64,000 nucleotides of DNA from an uncultured Verrucomicrobiae bacterium (GCA_963818965.1 CAWFUG010000009.1:192001-256000), one strand, 5' to 3'; shown: positions 30,529-41,263, counted from the first letter of the stretch. Notes: generated from the letters alone by a model not told the origin. A program made the numbers and translations.

Positions 30529-31078
30529 ATGGATACGAGAGAACTTCTTTTACAAGCAGCTTTAAGAGTGTTTTGCAATGAATGGCTACCACGGTAGTAG
30601 TGTTGCAGAGATTGCTAAAGAAGCGCAGGTTTCTAAGGCTCTTTTTTACCATTATTTTGCAAGTAAGAAGGATTTGCTCGTTCTCTTTGCCCAGCGGAGG
30701 TTGGAGGAGTGGGCGCCGCTTGTCGAAAAGCTGGAAGCGATTGAAGAGCCGAGAGAACGGATCGTTTTTTTGATCGATTTTGTCTTAGGGGAACTGGAGA
30801 TGCGGGGAGAGTGGTTGCGGTTTCTCTATATGCTCTATCTTTCGACAGAGGGGATCGCTGCGATCGCAGAGGCGATGGAAAAGTTCAAGGGGTCATTCGA
30901 TCGCTTGTTTCAAGCAGAACGGCGGCTCTACAAGGACCTCGGCTACGCCGATCCCGACGACGAGGCGACTTATCTCCGCTCTGTCCTTCAGGGAATTAGC
31001 CTAGAGTATTTGCTAAGCGGAAAGAATTATCCCCTGAAAATTATGAAGGAAAAAATCATCAAGAGGTATGTGCCATGA
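30529..31078 (+). CDS. TetR/AcrR regulator with an apparent +1 frameshift at T4 (30571-30574)
   Basis: Removing one T gives MDTRELLLQAALRVFAMNGYHGSSVAEIAKEAQVSKALFYHYF, a complete TetR HTH. Confidence 0.8.
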
Positions 31079-31728
31079 GAGTAAAATTGTATCGAGAACA
31101 CAAGTATGTGAGTTTTGCTCTGAATGCATTAGAGCGGCTCATCGCTAAAACAGACTTTACGAGCGATGCTGCAACCCAGCGAGTTCAAGAGGAGTGGCAG
31201 AGTGTGAAAGAAATGCTGCAGGGGCACGCCCATCATGAGGAACACAATTTCCATGCGCTTTTGGAGAGGAAGGGATCGACTGTGCACGTAGAAGCGCACG
31301 ACGACCATGCACATCAAGAGGTGGCATTGGAACATCTCCAAAATCTTCTCGATGGGATTAAGATGGATTCTGATCGGGTCGAAGCGGGCTATCAGTTCTA
31401 CCTCGCTTACCGCAAATTTGTCGGAGACAATTTGCTGCATTTGCATGAGGAAGAAACCAAAATTCTGCCGGAACTCCAAAGGCTATGCACCGATGAAGAG
31501 TTGAGAGCTCTTGAGCATGCAAGTTATGAGCTGATGACAGCGAAGGACCTGATCGAGATGGTGCAGGTCCTGTTTCCCCACATGAACTTTTCTGACAAGT
31601 GCGCTTTTCTTACAGATATCAAGCTAGCACAGCCTAAAAAATTTTTAAAACTTTGGGAAGAAGCGGGTGCTTTTCTGAGCGCTGAGGAAAGGGAGAAGTT
31701 TCGAGATTTAGAAGGTGCTCTCTTGTGA
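31075..31728 (+). CDS. Hemerythrin-domain protein
   Basis: HxxxE-type motifs (EHK, HAHHEE, DDH, HLHEEE). Confidence 0.75.
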   Translation: MRVKLYREHKYVSFALNALERLIAKTDFTSDAATQRVQEEWQSVKEMLQGHAHHEEHNFHALLERKGSTVHVEAHDDHAHQEVALEHLQNLLDGIKMDSDRVEAGYQFYLAYRKFVGDNLLHLHEEETKILPELQRLCTDEELRALEHASYELMTAKDLIEMVQVLFPHMNFSDKCAFLTDIKLAQPKKFLKLWEEAGAFLSAEEREKFRDLEGALL

Positions 31729-31750
31729 TTAATTTGGGTTTTTTAATAAA

Positions 31751-32827
31751 ATGAGCAGCATGAATAACATGTTAATTATTTTTTGTGCCCTTTTATTTTT
31801 TTGCGATGGGCCGCTTTTCGGTGAGGATCGATCTTGGATCATCAAGGAAGAATTTCTTTCGCCAGATGTCGCCTCTTTCGATTGTCACAGCTCGAGCCTC
31901 GTTGAGACAGGGGAAGGAACCCTCTATGCGGTATGGAAAGGGGGAGCCGGAGAGGGCAAGAGCAATATCGATATGAAAGAGAGTGTGGGGATTTGGGCTG
32001 CGCGATTTGATGGATCGGTTTGGTCAGAGCCTAAAGAGATCGTAAGCGCAGTGCACTCCGTATGTTGGAATCCCGTCCTCTGCAGACACCCTTCGGGAGA
32101 GTTATTTTTGTTTTACCACGTGGGCCCTAATCCTCGCCAAGCGGTCCATTTTCTAAAAAAGTCACGCGATGGGGGTGTTTCTTGGTCGGAGCCAGAAATG
32201 CTACCTGCCGGAATTACTGGCCCCACAAAAAATAAGCCGCTCGTAACGGGAGAGGGTACTCTCATTTGCCCTGCTTCTGTTTGTGTCGGCGAGCCGACAG
32301 ATCTTTTTAAAGCGACGGCGTGCTGGATCGAAATTTCTGAGGATGGAGGCGCGCACTGGAAAAAAGTGGGGCCCCTCGAGGTCCCCGATCGAAAATTCGG
32401 CGCCATTGAGCCTGCTCTTTTTCAGGATGGAGCAGGGCACCTGAGAATGCTCTGTAGGGACCGAGCGCACAAGGTCGGTGGGGTGGGTTTTATCTGGGAA
32501 TCGATCTCTGAAGATGGCGGGCTCCATTGGTCAGAGTTGAGGCAGACAGAGCTACCGAATCCCGATTCTGGACTCGATGTCGCCGATTTGGGCGGCGGTA
32601 AAGTCATCCTCTTCTACAACCACTCGCACACAGACCGGTTCCCGCTCCACATGGCGCTTTCTGTCGATGGTGGAAACCATTGGTTAGCACCTCTCGTATT
32701 GGCTGAAGTCGGGGAGTTTCCGGCTGCGATCGCGACAGCGGATGGGTTGGTGCATGTCACGTATGCTACTCCCTGTGCAGAGTCGGAACAACGCCGCATT
32801 AAGCACGTCATTATCGATCCGAGGTAA
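31751..32827 (+). CDS. Secreted BNR/Asp-box sialidase-like protein
   Basis: Four Asp-boxes S.DGG..W; CWNPVL; LPNPDSG. Confidence 0.85.
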   Translation: MSSMNNMLIIFCALLFFCDGPLFGEDRSWIIKEEFLSPDVASFDCHSSSLVETGEGTLYAVWKGGAGEGKSNIDMKESVGIWAARFDGSVWSEPKEIVSAVHSVCWNPVLCRHPSGELFLFYHVGPNPRQAVHFLKKSRDGGVSWSEPEMLPAGITGPTKNKPLVTGEGTLICPASVCVGEPTDLFKATACWIEISEDGGAHWKKVGPLEVPDRKFGAIEPALFQDGAGHLRMLCRDRAHKVGGVGFIWESISEDGGLHWSELRQTELPNPDSGLDVADLGGGKVILFYNHSHTDRFPLHMALSVDGGNHWLAPLVLAEVGEFPAAIATADGLVHVTYATPCAESEQRRIKHVIIDPR

Positions 32828-32837
32828 TTTTATACTT

Positions 32838-33890
32838 TCATTGCTTTAGTCTTTCTTCGATCCAATCATAGGCCCTTATGAGTGGAGCGCGATCTTCGGG
32901 GAGCTTGGAGAAATAGATCTTCTCATTTTGGAAATCGATGAAAATGAGGTTCTCGTCGATGAATTCCATGCCGATTACTGCATCGAGACCTATAGGGGAT
33001 TGCATTTTTACGAAATTGACAGGCCCGAATTCTTCGCCTCCTATCTGAAATGTTTTGGTGTCCCAATGATCTTTTTCATTAAAGATGAGATGATTTTCGT
33101 TATTGAAATTCCATTCTTGGGGATGTTCTAGATCAATAGTTGTGTGGTTTTGGTTGTGGTTCTCGGAACCCCTATTTAAAAGATTCCAGGTTGCTCCTGT
33201 ATCTAATGTGCAGCGCAAGGGTCCTGCTTCAGAGATAGCTTCGAAATCGATGAGATGTCGATCTAACAAAAGGGGGGTTTCCACGAATGCATCCACTGGG
33301 TAGCCCTGTTGTTTTAGGGTATCCAAACTATCGCATACGATGATGGCAGAATGTTCGCAATCAAGCAGTATGTTAAAGGATCTAAAAACATACCAACCCA
33401 TTCTTCCTAAATGGTCTTCAGAGATTTCTTTTTCTCCTTTCTTAAGGACACTATCTTCTATGAATTCCAAGTTTTCTGCAGCTATCGTCATAGGAAAAAT
33501 CTTCAATTTTCCTATATGTATTTCTGGCACTTCATAGATATCATATTCATAAGATTTACCCCTAAGGCCACAAAAAGTTTCCTTTCCTAAGAATGATTTT
33601 TTTTCAAGGTTTTGGATAAAGTCCTTAGGCAGACGAATTCCTCCTGAAAAACCTAGATCGACTTTTGTCAATACCGTTTCATTTTCAATTTTTACTTCTA
33701 GTTGGGGATCATTTGCGCGAGAAAATGAATTGATCTTTAAAGGAACAAAATATTTTTCCTCAGTAAAGAAACCCGATGTTTCCATCGGGTCTTGAAAAGA
33801 AGGCTTTTTCAAAAGAAAATAGCTCGCCAATGCACAAATAAGGGAGATCGCTAGAAGAAGCTGTCGTTTCTGCGTGCTAGTTTTGTTCAT
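32838..33890 (-). CDS. Membrane-anchored retropepsin-like aspartic protease (two lobes)
   Basis: N-terminal TM; VDLG and LDTGA motifs; GRMG and VIGMEFI closing motifs. Confidence 0.65.
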   Translation of the reverse strand: MNKTSTQKRQLLLAISLICALASYFLLKKPSFQDPMETSGFFTEEKYFVPLKINSFSRANDPQLEVKIENETVLTKVDLGFSGGIRLPKDFIQNLEKKSFLGKETFCGLRGKSYEYDIYEVPEIHIGKLKIFPMTIAAENLEFIEDSVLKKGEKEISEDHLGRMGWYVFRSFNILLDCEHSAIIVCDSLDTLKQQGYPVDAFVETPLLLDRHLIDFEAISEAGPLRCTLDTGATWNLLNRGSENHNQNHTTIDLEHPQEWNFNNENHLIFNEKDHWDTKTFQIGGEEFGPVNFVKMQSPIGLDAVIGMEFIDENLIFIDFQNEKIYFSKLPEDRAPLIRAYDWIEERLKQ

Positions 33891-34770
33891 ATCCCCCTCG
33901 GGCGCTTACACCCGTTTCGCCTTTATCATTTTGTCTAACCTCTGCCTCGACACGCCCATGGCCATCCTCATACCCACCTTTAGCAGAAGCACCCCATTCT
34001 GTCCCGTTTGGCCCTGTTTTAAAATCGATCGAGCCCTCGGCATATACGCCTCTTCCCCCATTATCGTTATCTCTTCCTCCGCCTCCTCCCCCCCGTCTAA
34101 TGGGCAGGATTTCAACGCCTTCTGTGCTAGACAGGTCTTTTTCCGGTGCTGATTGAAACAGAGAAAATCGTTGTTTCACCACTGTTAGGGTTCCAGGCAA
34201 ATCAACTAGCAGGATGGAGGTTGTCGCATCGTCATCCGTATTAGTTAAATTGATGGTCTGGCGTGATACGTCATTTGAGCGAACATAGGCCTTGTATCGA
34301 TTAGCTCCATGAATGACAAATTCCAATACTTCTTCATTGGGTATATTTTCTTCCTCAGAGAGGATGACGGTTGCTTGTGAAAGAGGATATTTACTTGCGA
34401 TAAATGATCCCCGTTTCTGCTTAGGAATGTGGATGAAATGTGCATAAGTTTTCTGTAGCATTTCGTATAAATGAGAAGCCCGTTGGGTAGAAGTATTGGT
34501 CATATGCACGACATCAGCATCGCCGTATAAAATGCGTTCTGCTATGTCGTCGACTTGCATCGCCGATGGAAGATCTAGATTGAGAATGGTCATATCGGTA
34601 AAAGAAGGTTCTTTTTCCGGAAGAGCATTTCGCAGGTGGAAGGGCTGGTTGTTTGTATTGTAAGCTGTAAGATCGTACTGAAAAAGAGGGTTGGTTTCTT
34701 CTGGTTCTGGGGAGGTAGCAAAGATTGTATTTACTATCACTAAACAGGGAAAAACGAGGTGCATTTTCAT
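33877..34770 (-). CDS. Secreted hypothetical protein with Gly-rich C-terminal domain
   Basis: Signal peptide; ADVV...FIASKYPL weakly resembles an EEP fold; GGGGG linker. Confidence 0.55.
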   Translation of the reverse strand: MKMHLVFPCLVIVNTIFATSPEPEETNPLFQYDLTAYNTNNQPFHLRNALPEKEPSFTDMTILNLDLPSAMQVDDIAERILYGDADVVHMTNTSTQRASHLYEMLQKTYAHFIHIPKQKRGSFIASKYPLSQATVILSEEENIPNEEVLEFVIHGANRYKAYVRSNDVSRQTINLTNTDDDATTSILLVDLPGTLTVVKQRFSLFQSAPEKDLSSTEGVEILPIRRGGGGGGRDNDNGGRGVYAEGSIDFKTGPNGTEWGASAKGGYEDGHGRVEAEVRQNDKGETGVSARGGYEQN

Positions 34771-34840
34771 AGAACTCTCCTAAAGAAAAAGTTTCTGCGA
34801 TAAGCTAGCAAATTTTAAAAATTTCGCAAAGCGAAATTTA

Positions 34841-35158
34841 TTAATCTTTAGCGGGCCACTTGAAGGTAAAGGAGACACTCGTCGAATCATCGTCTTTGTC
34901 TTCTTCTTTTTCTTCTCTATCTCTAAAACGCGTGCTCTTTTTTTTCTCTGAGGTATGTTGTTTCTGCCATTTTTTGAATTCTATTCGGTGTTGCGAAGCA
35001 GGATCCAGGTTTTTGCCTTTTGCGATGACCTTGACGTTGCCGATGGTCTCTTCTCGGATGACGACAGAGGGGTCTTCTTTTTTTGTGTTCTTGGAGTCTT
35101 CGGCACATAGGTAAGTCGCAAGGGAGAGGGATAAGATAGTAAGAAATTTCTTTTTCAT
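34841..35158 (-). CDS. Small secreted charged hypothetical protein
   Basis: MKKKFLTILSLSLATYLCA signal peptide. Confidence 0.6.
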   Translation of the reverse strand: MKKKFLTILSLSLATYLCAEDSKNTKKEDPSVVIREETIGNVKVIAKGKNLDPASQHRIEFKKWQKQHTSEKKKSTRFRDREEKEEDKDDDSTSVSFTFKWPAKD

Positions 35159-35283
35159 AGTTGGCCTTTTTTGGTTTCTGAAACGATAACATAAGAGTTG
35201 GGGGTGGATGCAAGAGGAATTTTCCTATTTTTAAGCGCTGTGTTATTATGCGCGTCACGAATCCTTCTAAGGGAGAGTAAGTC

Positions 35284-37053
35284 ATGGTGTCCTATAGGGA
35301 GTTGGTCGGTTTTTTGTGGCGTTTTGTGCGGCGGCAGAGGGGGAAGTTTTTTTCAATTATGCTCCTGGATGCGTGCGCGTGGCCGCTCGATGCTCTGGTG
35401 TGGCCTTATATCTTGCATCTCGTCGTGGATATTTTTACGCGGTTCGATGCGAACCGGGGGGCGGCATGGCAGGAATTGCGAGGGCCGGCTCTATTGGGTG
35501 TGAGCTTAGTCGTCTTTGTCGAGGTGACCTCGCGGACGATGGGATTTTTGTGGGCCAAGGCAATGCCGAAGCTGCAGGCGGATATCCGGATGGAGATGTT
35601 CGATCACGTTCAGCACCATTCTCCTCGCTATTTCAATGAGCGATTTGCGGGGAGTCTTGCGAACAAGATGACCGATATGACGACGCAGGCGGACGCGATT
35701 CTCCAGCAATTATTCTGGCCGATCGTCCCGGCGATTGTCACTTGTGCCGCGGCTGTGGTGATTTTATGGTTTACAAGTCCCATTTTTGCGGGGATCTTGC
35801 TCGCTTGGATTGCGATTCATCTCGGGATCACTTTTAAATTCATCCGCCCGGTCGATGCTTATGAGCACCGGCATGGAGAAGCGCGGAGTACTCTTTTGGG
35901 AAGGATCGTCGACAGTTTTACCAATAATTTTGCCGTCAATCTGTTTTACCGATTTCGACAGGAGAAGAGCACTCTCATGCCGTTTCAAAATGCAGAGGAA
36001 ACGACGAATGTGCAAGCGAAATGGTATGTCGAAAAGATGTTCTGTTTGACCTCTTTTTTCTTTCTCATCACGCTCTTCCTCGGGATGAATGGTTTTTTGA
36101 TCTATCTGTGGCTCGACAATCGGATCAGCGCGGGTCAGGTCATTCAGGTGTTTAGCATCGTGTGGAATGTGGCGAGCATCATGTGGGTAGTGGGTCGCTC
36201 TTTGCCGGTCTTCTTTCAGGCTTTCGGCATTGCAAAACAAGCCTATTCTGTCATGCACGATCCGCAAGATATCGGAGACACATCGGGTGCGAAAAAACTC
36301 TCGATTTCTTCGGGGGGTATTGCTTTCGAAGAGGTTTCTTTTCGCTACGGAGAAAAGGCGCTTTTTGAGAATAAGAATGTCCAGATTCGGGGTGGGGAAA
36401 AGGTCGGTCTCGTCGGTTTTACGGGGGCTGGCAAATCTACTTTTATCAATTTGATCCTCCGCTTTTTCCCGCTTTCTGGAGGCAAAATTTGCATCGATGG
36501 GCAGGACATCGCGCATGTCACTTTAGAGTCGCTCCGCGGCCAAATCGCTCTGATTCCTCAGGATCCTCTTCTCTTTCACCGGACGTTGCGCGAGAACATC
36601 GCTTTCGGAAAATCAGATGCTACAGAAGAGGAAATCTTCAACGCTGCGCTTCTGGCGCACTGCGATGAGTTCATCCGACAAATCCCCGGCGGTTACGAGG
36701 CGAAAGTGGGGGAAAGAGGCACCAAGCTCTCTGGAGGGGAGAAGCAGCGGATCGCAATCGCCCGGGCGATTTTAGCTGACGCGCCCATTCTTATCTTGGA
36801 TGAGGCGACATCCTCTCTAGATTCTGTGACGGAGAGGTATATCCAAGACAGCCTGGACAAACTCATGCAGAATCGCACGACGATCGTAATCGCGCACCGC
36901 CTCTCCACCCTCTCTCGCATGGACCGCATCCTGGTGCTGGACAAGGGCAAGATCGTGGAAGAAGGGACCCACGCCGATCTATTGGGTAAGGGCGGTCTCT
37001 ATGCGCACATGTGGAAGATGCAGGTCGGTGGGTTTTTACCTGAGGCGCCTTAA
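35284..37053 (+). CDS. ABC transporter fused permease/ATPase
   Basis: GFTGAGKST, LSGGEKQR, ILDEATSSLD and IAHRLST. Confidence 0.93.
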   Translation: MVSYRELVGFLWRFVRRQRGKFFSIMLLDACAWPLDALVWPYILHLVVDIFTRFDANRGAAWQELRGPALLGVSLVVFVEVTSRTMGFLWAKAMPKLQADIRMEMFDHVQHHSPRYFNERFAGSLANKMTDMTTQADAILQQLFWPIVPAIVTCAAAVVILWFTSPIFAGILLAWIAIHLGITFKFIRPVDAYEHRHGEARSTLLGRIVDSFTNNFAVNLFYRFRQEKSTLMPFQNAEETTNVQAKWYVEKMFCLTSFFFLITLFLGMNGFLIYLWLDNRISAGQVIQVFSIVWNVASIMWVVGRSLPVFFQAFGIAKQAYSVMHDPQDIGDTSGAKKLSISSGGIAFEEVSFRYGEKALFENKNVQIRGGEKVGLVGFTGAGKSTFINLILRFFPLSGGKICIDGQDIAHVTLESLRGQIALIPQDPLLFHRTLRENIAFGKSDATEEEIFNAALLAHCDEFIRQIPGGYEAKVGERGTKLSGGEKQRIAIARAILADAPILILDEATSSLDSVTERYIQDSLDKLMQNRTTIVIAHRLSTLSRMDRILVLDKGKIVEEGTHADLLGKGGLYAHMWKMQVGGFLPEAP

Positions 37054-37144
37054 GATTTGGCCGTGGAGGCTCTTGCGGCAATACAGCGGTGGTAAGATAT
37101 TTTCTGAAGGTGCTATAACTGCTCATCTCAAAGGGGAGGAGTGC

Positions 37145-37786
37145 ATGCTCAAGGCGCTGTCGTTTTTTACAATCATCTCAAGTACTTTATTTTCAGGAGA
37201 AGACATGACGCAAATTCAGGTTTTAAAGGGGAAGGAAGTTGCTCGGTATATCGATGCTCTCGTCGATTTAAGGAGTTCCTATTTTCGGGAATATCCCTAT
37301 TTTTATCAGGTAAATCTATCTGCAGAAAAAGAATATTTGGCGATGTATTCCAGTAGTCCCCATACAGTTTTTATCGTGGCAGGAGAGGAGCCAGTGGGAG
37401 TATTGACTGGATGTCCTTTAACAGAGTCTGCTGAGTTCTATCAGCGGCCGTTCGTAAATAAGAAAATGGATCTCAATAAGGTGTTTTGTCTGGGAGAATT
37501 CGTTTTTCAAAACGGATATGAAAACGAAGTGATACAAAAAAAAATGTACGAAAAACTGGAAGAACAGATTCAAAAAGAGCAAAAATACAATCAAATGCTC
37601 GTTTATGAAGTAGTGTGTCCCGAAAATGACTCTGAGCCTTCTGACTATGTTTCAATGGAAGAATTCTGGGAAAAGATGGGATTTGTCAAACAGGATGATT
37701 TTTCCTATTCTATGCCTTGGGAAGATAGTCGTACAAACCAACAGGTTGACCATACCCTCGTTGCCTGGCTTAAAAACATTGAATAG
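37145..37786 (+). CDS. GNAT-like protein with signal peptide
   Basis: LR..YFREYPY.Y, VGVLTGCPL, FWEKMGF; GGGGAGG RBS. Confidence 0.65.
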   Translation: MLKALSFFTIISSTLFSGEDMTQIQVLKGKEVARYIDALVDLRSSYFREYPYFYQVNLSAEKEYLAMYSSSPHTVFIVAGEEPVGVLTGCPLTESAEFYQRPFVNKKMDLNKVFCLGEFVFQNGYENEVIQKKMYEKLEEQIQKEQKYNQMLVYEVVCPENDSEPSDYVSMEEFWEKMGFVKQDDFSYSMPWEDSRTNQQVDHTLVAWLKNIE

Positions 37787-37820
37787 AAAGAATTCCAAAC
37801 AGATTGCGGGAGATCGTTAT

Positions 37821-38216
37821 ATGAAAAGAATTTTATGTTTATTGCTAACAGCATTCATCTTTCTCAGTTCAATCGATTCTCATGCACATGGGGTTGAGAA
37901 TTTTAAAAACTACGTCTACAATGACGAAGGAGATCCCGTCTTCATTAAGATTTATATCCAAGCTTCGAAAACAGAACGTCAACACACAAATAGCGGGTCC
38001 TTTCAACAAGATTGTTTGCACCAACTTTTAGTTCGAATATCTCAGGAAGATCAGAAAGGAAGTTATGTAGTGATCCCAATTAAGAAGAAAAAAGACAAAG
38101 ATGATAATGATGATGAAAGCACTTGGGAGTGTCCCTATTGTGGAAGAATTAACAAAGCTTCACAAAATCGATGTGGTACGAAAGGATGCGTTCTTAATGG
38201 CTACAACGGATCTTAG
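37821..38216 (+). CDS. Secreted protein with C-terminal RanBP2-like zinc finger
   Basis: Signal peptide; WECPYCGRIN......C....C. Confidence 0.6.
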   Translation: MKRILCLLLTAFIFLSSIDSHAHGVENFKNYVYNDEGDPVFIKIYIQASKTERQHTNSGSFQQDCLHQLLVRISQEDQKGSYVVIPIKKKKDKDDNDDESTWECPYCGRINKASQNRCGTKGCVLNGYNGS

Positions 38217-38224
38217 GAAAAGCG

Positions 38225-39187
38225 TTAATACTCTGCGTTGTCTGCTGCGCGGATGAGTTCCAAGGTTTTCTCCAAAAAAGAAATGCCTTGGTAGGTTCGC
38301 GTCAGTTTTTTATGAAGCTTGGTGTATTGTTTTTGCAGGAGCCAAGTTTCTGGATTTGAGACGTCCACACGGAACCCTAACCCAGTATTGAATAAAAATC
38401 TTCGAGATACGTGGTCCCTTATCCCTATTTTAAAAAATGCTTCCAATGCAGCCAATTCATGTTCCAGCTTTTTCAAATGCGCAGCGGATGGTTTTTTTAA
38501 TGTAAATCCGAGCCGTCCCATAGAAGTGAGAAGGGTTGTCATTTTGTGGAATAGTGCTGCATTTCTTTCGCCGTACCCTAAGCAAATTCCCAGAAGATCC
38601 TCTCTTGAATAGAACTTTTCCTTGAATTTTTGATCGTGCAAAAGAAGGCTGAATAACGATTCTTTGTCCAGAATTAAGGGGTTAAGATCTGTGAATTTGT
38701 GAAAGTGTCGATCTAAAAGAGAAAGCATCAGATGTTTGTTGAGTACAGTCACTTGCATAAAATGAAGCTCTTCATCATTTTCAAATACATCGAAAAAGAT
38801 ATTTTTCCCGCAAAAAAGGTGCTCATATTTTTTCCAAATTTCTAATCCTTTATGAAAAAGGGCGTTCTCATTATCGAATCCCTCAAAAAAAAGATCCAAT
38901 CGATCCAAACTGTCCAAACGGTAGGAATTTACAATCAGTTTGGGTTTTAAATAGGAATAAAAACTCATCGGTTTTCCACCTAACAGGGTATAACCTATGG
39001 CATCTTCCTGAATTAAACATCTAAAGAAGAATTCTAAAAAAAAGCGCTCCTTTGAGGGTAGAGAAGAGAGGAATTTTTTTATGTCCATTTGCTTTGTGGA
39101 TATTTTCCCATGTCCGGAGATGCATCCAAAAATAAGGAGCAAAAAGAGAAGAAAGGGAACGATTTTTTGGATGGGAGAGTGGCGCAT
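38225..39187 (-). CDS. Hypothetical (lipo)protein
   Basis: 320-aa ORF with IFGC lipobox-like N-terminus. Confidence 0.6.
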   Translation of the reverse strand: MRHSPIQKIVPFLLFLLLIFGCISGHGKISTKQMDIKKFLSSLPSKERFFLEFFFRCLIQEDAIGYTLLGGKPMSFYSYLKPKLIVNSYRLDSLDRLDLFFEGFDNENALFHKGLEIWKKYEHLFCGKNIFFDVFENDEELHFMQVTVLNKHLMLSLLDRHFHKFTDLNPLILDKESLFSLLLHDQKFKEKFYSREDLLGICLGYGERNAALFHKMTTLLTSMGRLGFTLKKPSAAHLKKLEHELAALEAFFKIGIRDHVSRRFLFNTGLGFRVDVSNPETWLLQKQYTKLHKKLTRTYQGISFLEKTLELIRAADNAEY

Positions 39188-39231
39188 GAGATAATTCTAC
39201 ACAAAGCTGAGGTTAAAACCAATTTCTTGGT

Positions 39232-41190
39232 CTACTCGGAGACCTGGGCGCTGGAGCTGGTTATACTATTGGGATCGACTGGTTGGTAGCGGCCCCTTAG
39301 GTGCTCGAATAAAAAGCGCTCTGCGTGATCGAGATAGAGCATTTTATTCGAGAAGTTGGCGAAGCGATGTCCTTCATCGGGGAATAAGATGTAAGTCACT
39401 TGCTTGTGGTTTGCTTTCATGCTGTCGTAGATTTGTTGAGAGGCTTTTTCTGTGACGATGTGGTCATTTTTGCCGTGGACTAGGAGGAGGGGAGCTTTGA
39501 TGGCCTCTAAGTAGTTGAGGGGGGAGCATTTTTCTAAGTAGTCGATTCCCTCGGGTGTATCGGGATTGCCGCCCATGCTGATGATAAATGCTTGTTTGGT
39601 GAAGAACATGAGCTTGTCGGAAAGGGGGCTCGAAGTGAATTCCCAAAATTTAGGCACGTTGTCGAGGATGGTTTTAAGATGGGAAGGGGCGCAAAGGGCT
39701 ATGCAGCAGGTGAAATAGTCTGGGGAAAAGGTGAGACCGGCGAGGGCTTCATAGCCGCCGTAACTCCCTCCAAAGATAGCTAGCTTGTCTCTTTGTGTAA
39801 TCCCTTTTTCGATGCAGGCTTCTACGGCATCGATGACATCGAGGTGCGCTTTTCCGCCCCATTCGCCATTACCTGCATTGACAAACGCTTTTCCAAAGCC
39901 AGAGGAGAGGCGGAAATTCACGCTGAGGACTGCATAACCGCAACTGGCGAGCCATTGGTGATACGGGTTGAATTGAAATTTGTCTCTGACTTTGAAAGGC
40001 CCTCCATGAGGTACGACGACGAGAGGGATTGGTTTCTCGACGTAGCCGCCTTTATCGCATTCTCGCGGGAGAGTGTAGTAACAGGTGAGCTTCTGTCCAT
40101 CTCTTGCGTCGATGACTATCGAGTACATCTGCGCAAAGCTGTCATTTTCAGATGGGGAAGAGAGAAGGGAAGAGAGGGTTTGTTTGTTTCTATCATAGAG
40201 CCAGAATTGTCCGCCTCTATCGGGAATGCTGTTTGAGACGATCCACCTCTTTCCAGATCTGCTGCTATTGATGACTTCAAAATTAGGACCGGCGTGTTTT
40301 TCGAGGAAGGCGAGGTCGCTTTCGATTGCGGTATCGATAGCGTGCCATTTTTTCTGCTCGTAGTAGGAGGCGTAGGCCTTGGCTTCTCCTGCGATGAAGA
40401 GGACTTCGTCGATGTCGCTTTCAAGGGATGCTCCTAGGATCTTTTCATCGCTGGAGAGGGATAGAGATTTGAGGATGAGCTGGTTGGTGTCGGAGAAGCG
40501 GTTATCCAAGAGGTAGACTGCGTGGTTTTTTTCGTCATAAGAGAGGAATTCTGTGTGGAAGGCATCAGCAGAGGAGAGTTGCATGAAAATAGCGTCATCA
40601 GCAGTGAGTACTGTCCACGAACCGTCTGTATCATCGATCCGTATTTTCAGGATGAGCTCTAGATTGTCGCTGACGAGGAATTTTGCATAAGCGTCATTTT
40701 GAAAAAGAAGCTCGCATTGGCCAGAGTCTAAATTTAAGCGGTAGAGATCGTGAAAATGGGGGGTTCTGTGATTGAGGCCGATGACAGCGCTGTTGTTTTG
40801 AGAGCTGATTTGAATGACTTTGGCATTGACGGGAGAAAATTTCTCTGTATAGACGACGTGTTCTTTGGAGAGGATGTCGATGCCGTGCAAGTGGAGTTGC
40901 CCTGTCCCGTTTTCATCCTTGAGAAGCAAGATTTTTTTGCCATCGCCGGACCAAAAAAATTGGATGATTTCTTGGGTATCGAAGGAGGTGATCTGTTCTT
41001 TTACATTTAGAAATACATTGGAAATGCCGTTGGCATCGGCGCCGACGGAAGCGATCGACTTTCCATCAGGACTGATTTTTGCTGAAATGAGAGAGGGCTT
41101 TGCGAAGAGTTCCTCTTTTAAAACAGAAGCGCTTTGTGCTGTGATAAAGGACATGAGTATACCTAAACAAATGAAAAATAGACGAGCCAT
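39232..41190 (-). CDS. S9 family (prolyl oligo/dipeptidyl) peptidase, secreted
   Basis: HGGP, GGSYGG, HGKND and PDEGH. Confidence 0.92.
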   Translation of the reverse strand: MARLFFICLGILMSFITAQSASVLKEELFAKPSLISAKISPDGKSIASVGADANGISNVFLNVKEQITSFDTQEIIQFFWSGDGKKILLLKDENGTGQLHLHGIDILSKEHVVYTEKFSPVNAKVIQISSQNNSAVIGLNHRTPHFHDLYRLNLDSGQCELLFQNDAYAKFLVSDNLELILKIRIDDTDGSWTVLTADDAIFMQLSSADAFHTEFLSYDEKNHAVYLLDNRFSDTNQLILKSLSLSSDEKILGASLESDIDEVLFIAGEAKAYASYYEQKKWHAIDTAIESDLAFLEKHAGPNFEVINSSRSGKRWIVSNSIPDRGGQFWLYDRNKQTLSSLLSSPSENDSFAQMYSIVIDARDGQKLTCYYTLPRECDKGGYVEKPIPLVVVPHGGPFKVRDKFQFNPYHQWLASCGYAVLSVNFRLSSGFGKAFVNAGNGEWGGKAHLDVIDAVEACIEKGITQRDKLAIFGGSYGGYEALAGLTFSPDYFTCCIALCAPSHLKTILDNVPKFWEFTSSPLSDKLMFFTKQAFIISMGGNPDTPEGIDYLEKCSPLNYLEAIKAPLLLVHGKNDHIVTEKASQQIYDSMKANHKQVTYILFPDEGHRFANFSNKMLYLDHAERFLFEHLRGRYQPVDPNSITSSSAQVSE

Positions 41191-41230
41191 GAGGAAGAAT
41201 TTTAGCAGGGGGGGGTGTTTTCCGTCTATT

Positions 41231-41263
41231 ATTCAGAAGTTATCCGTAGGACAACTTCTGAAT
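41231..41263. repeat. Short hairpin with CCGTAGG core
   Basis: 11-bp IR ATTCAGAAGTT/AACTTCTGAAT next to the following element. Confidence 0.5.
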
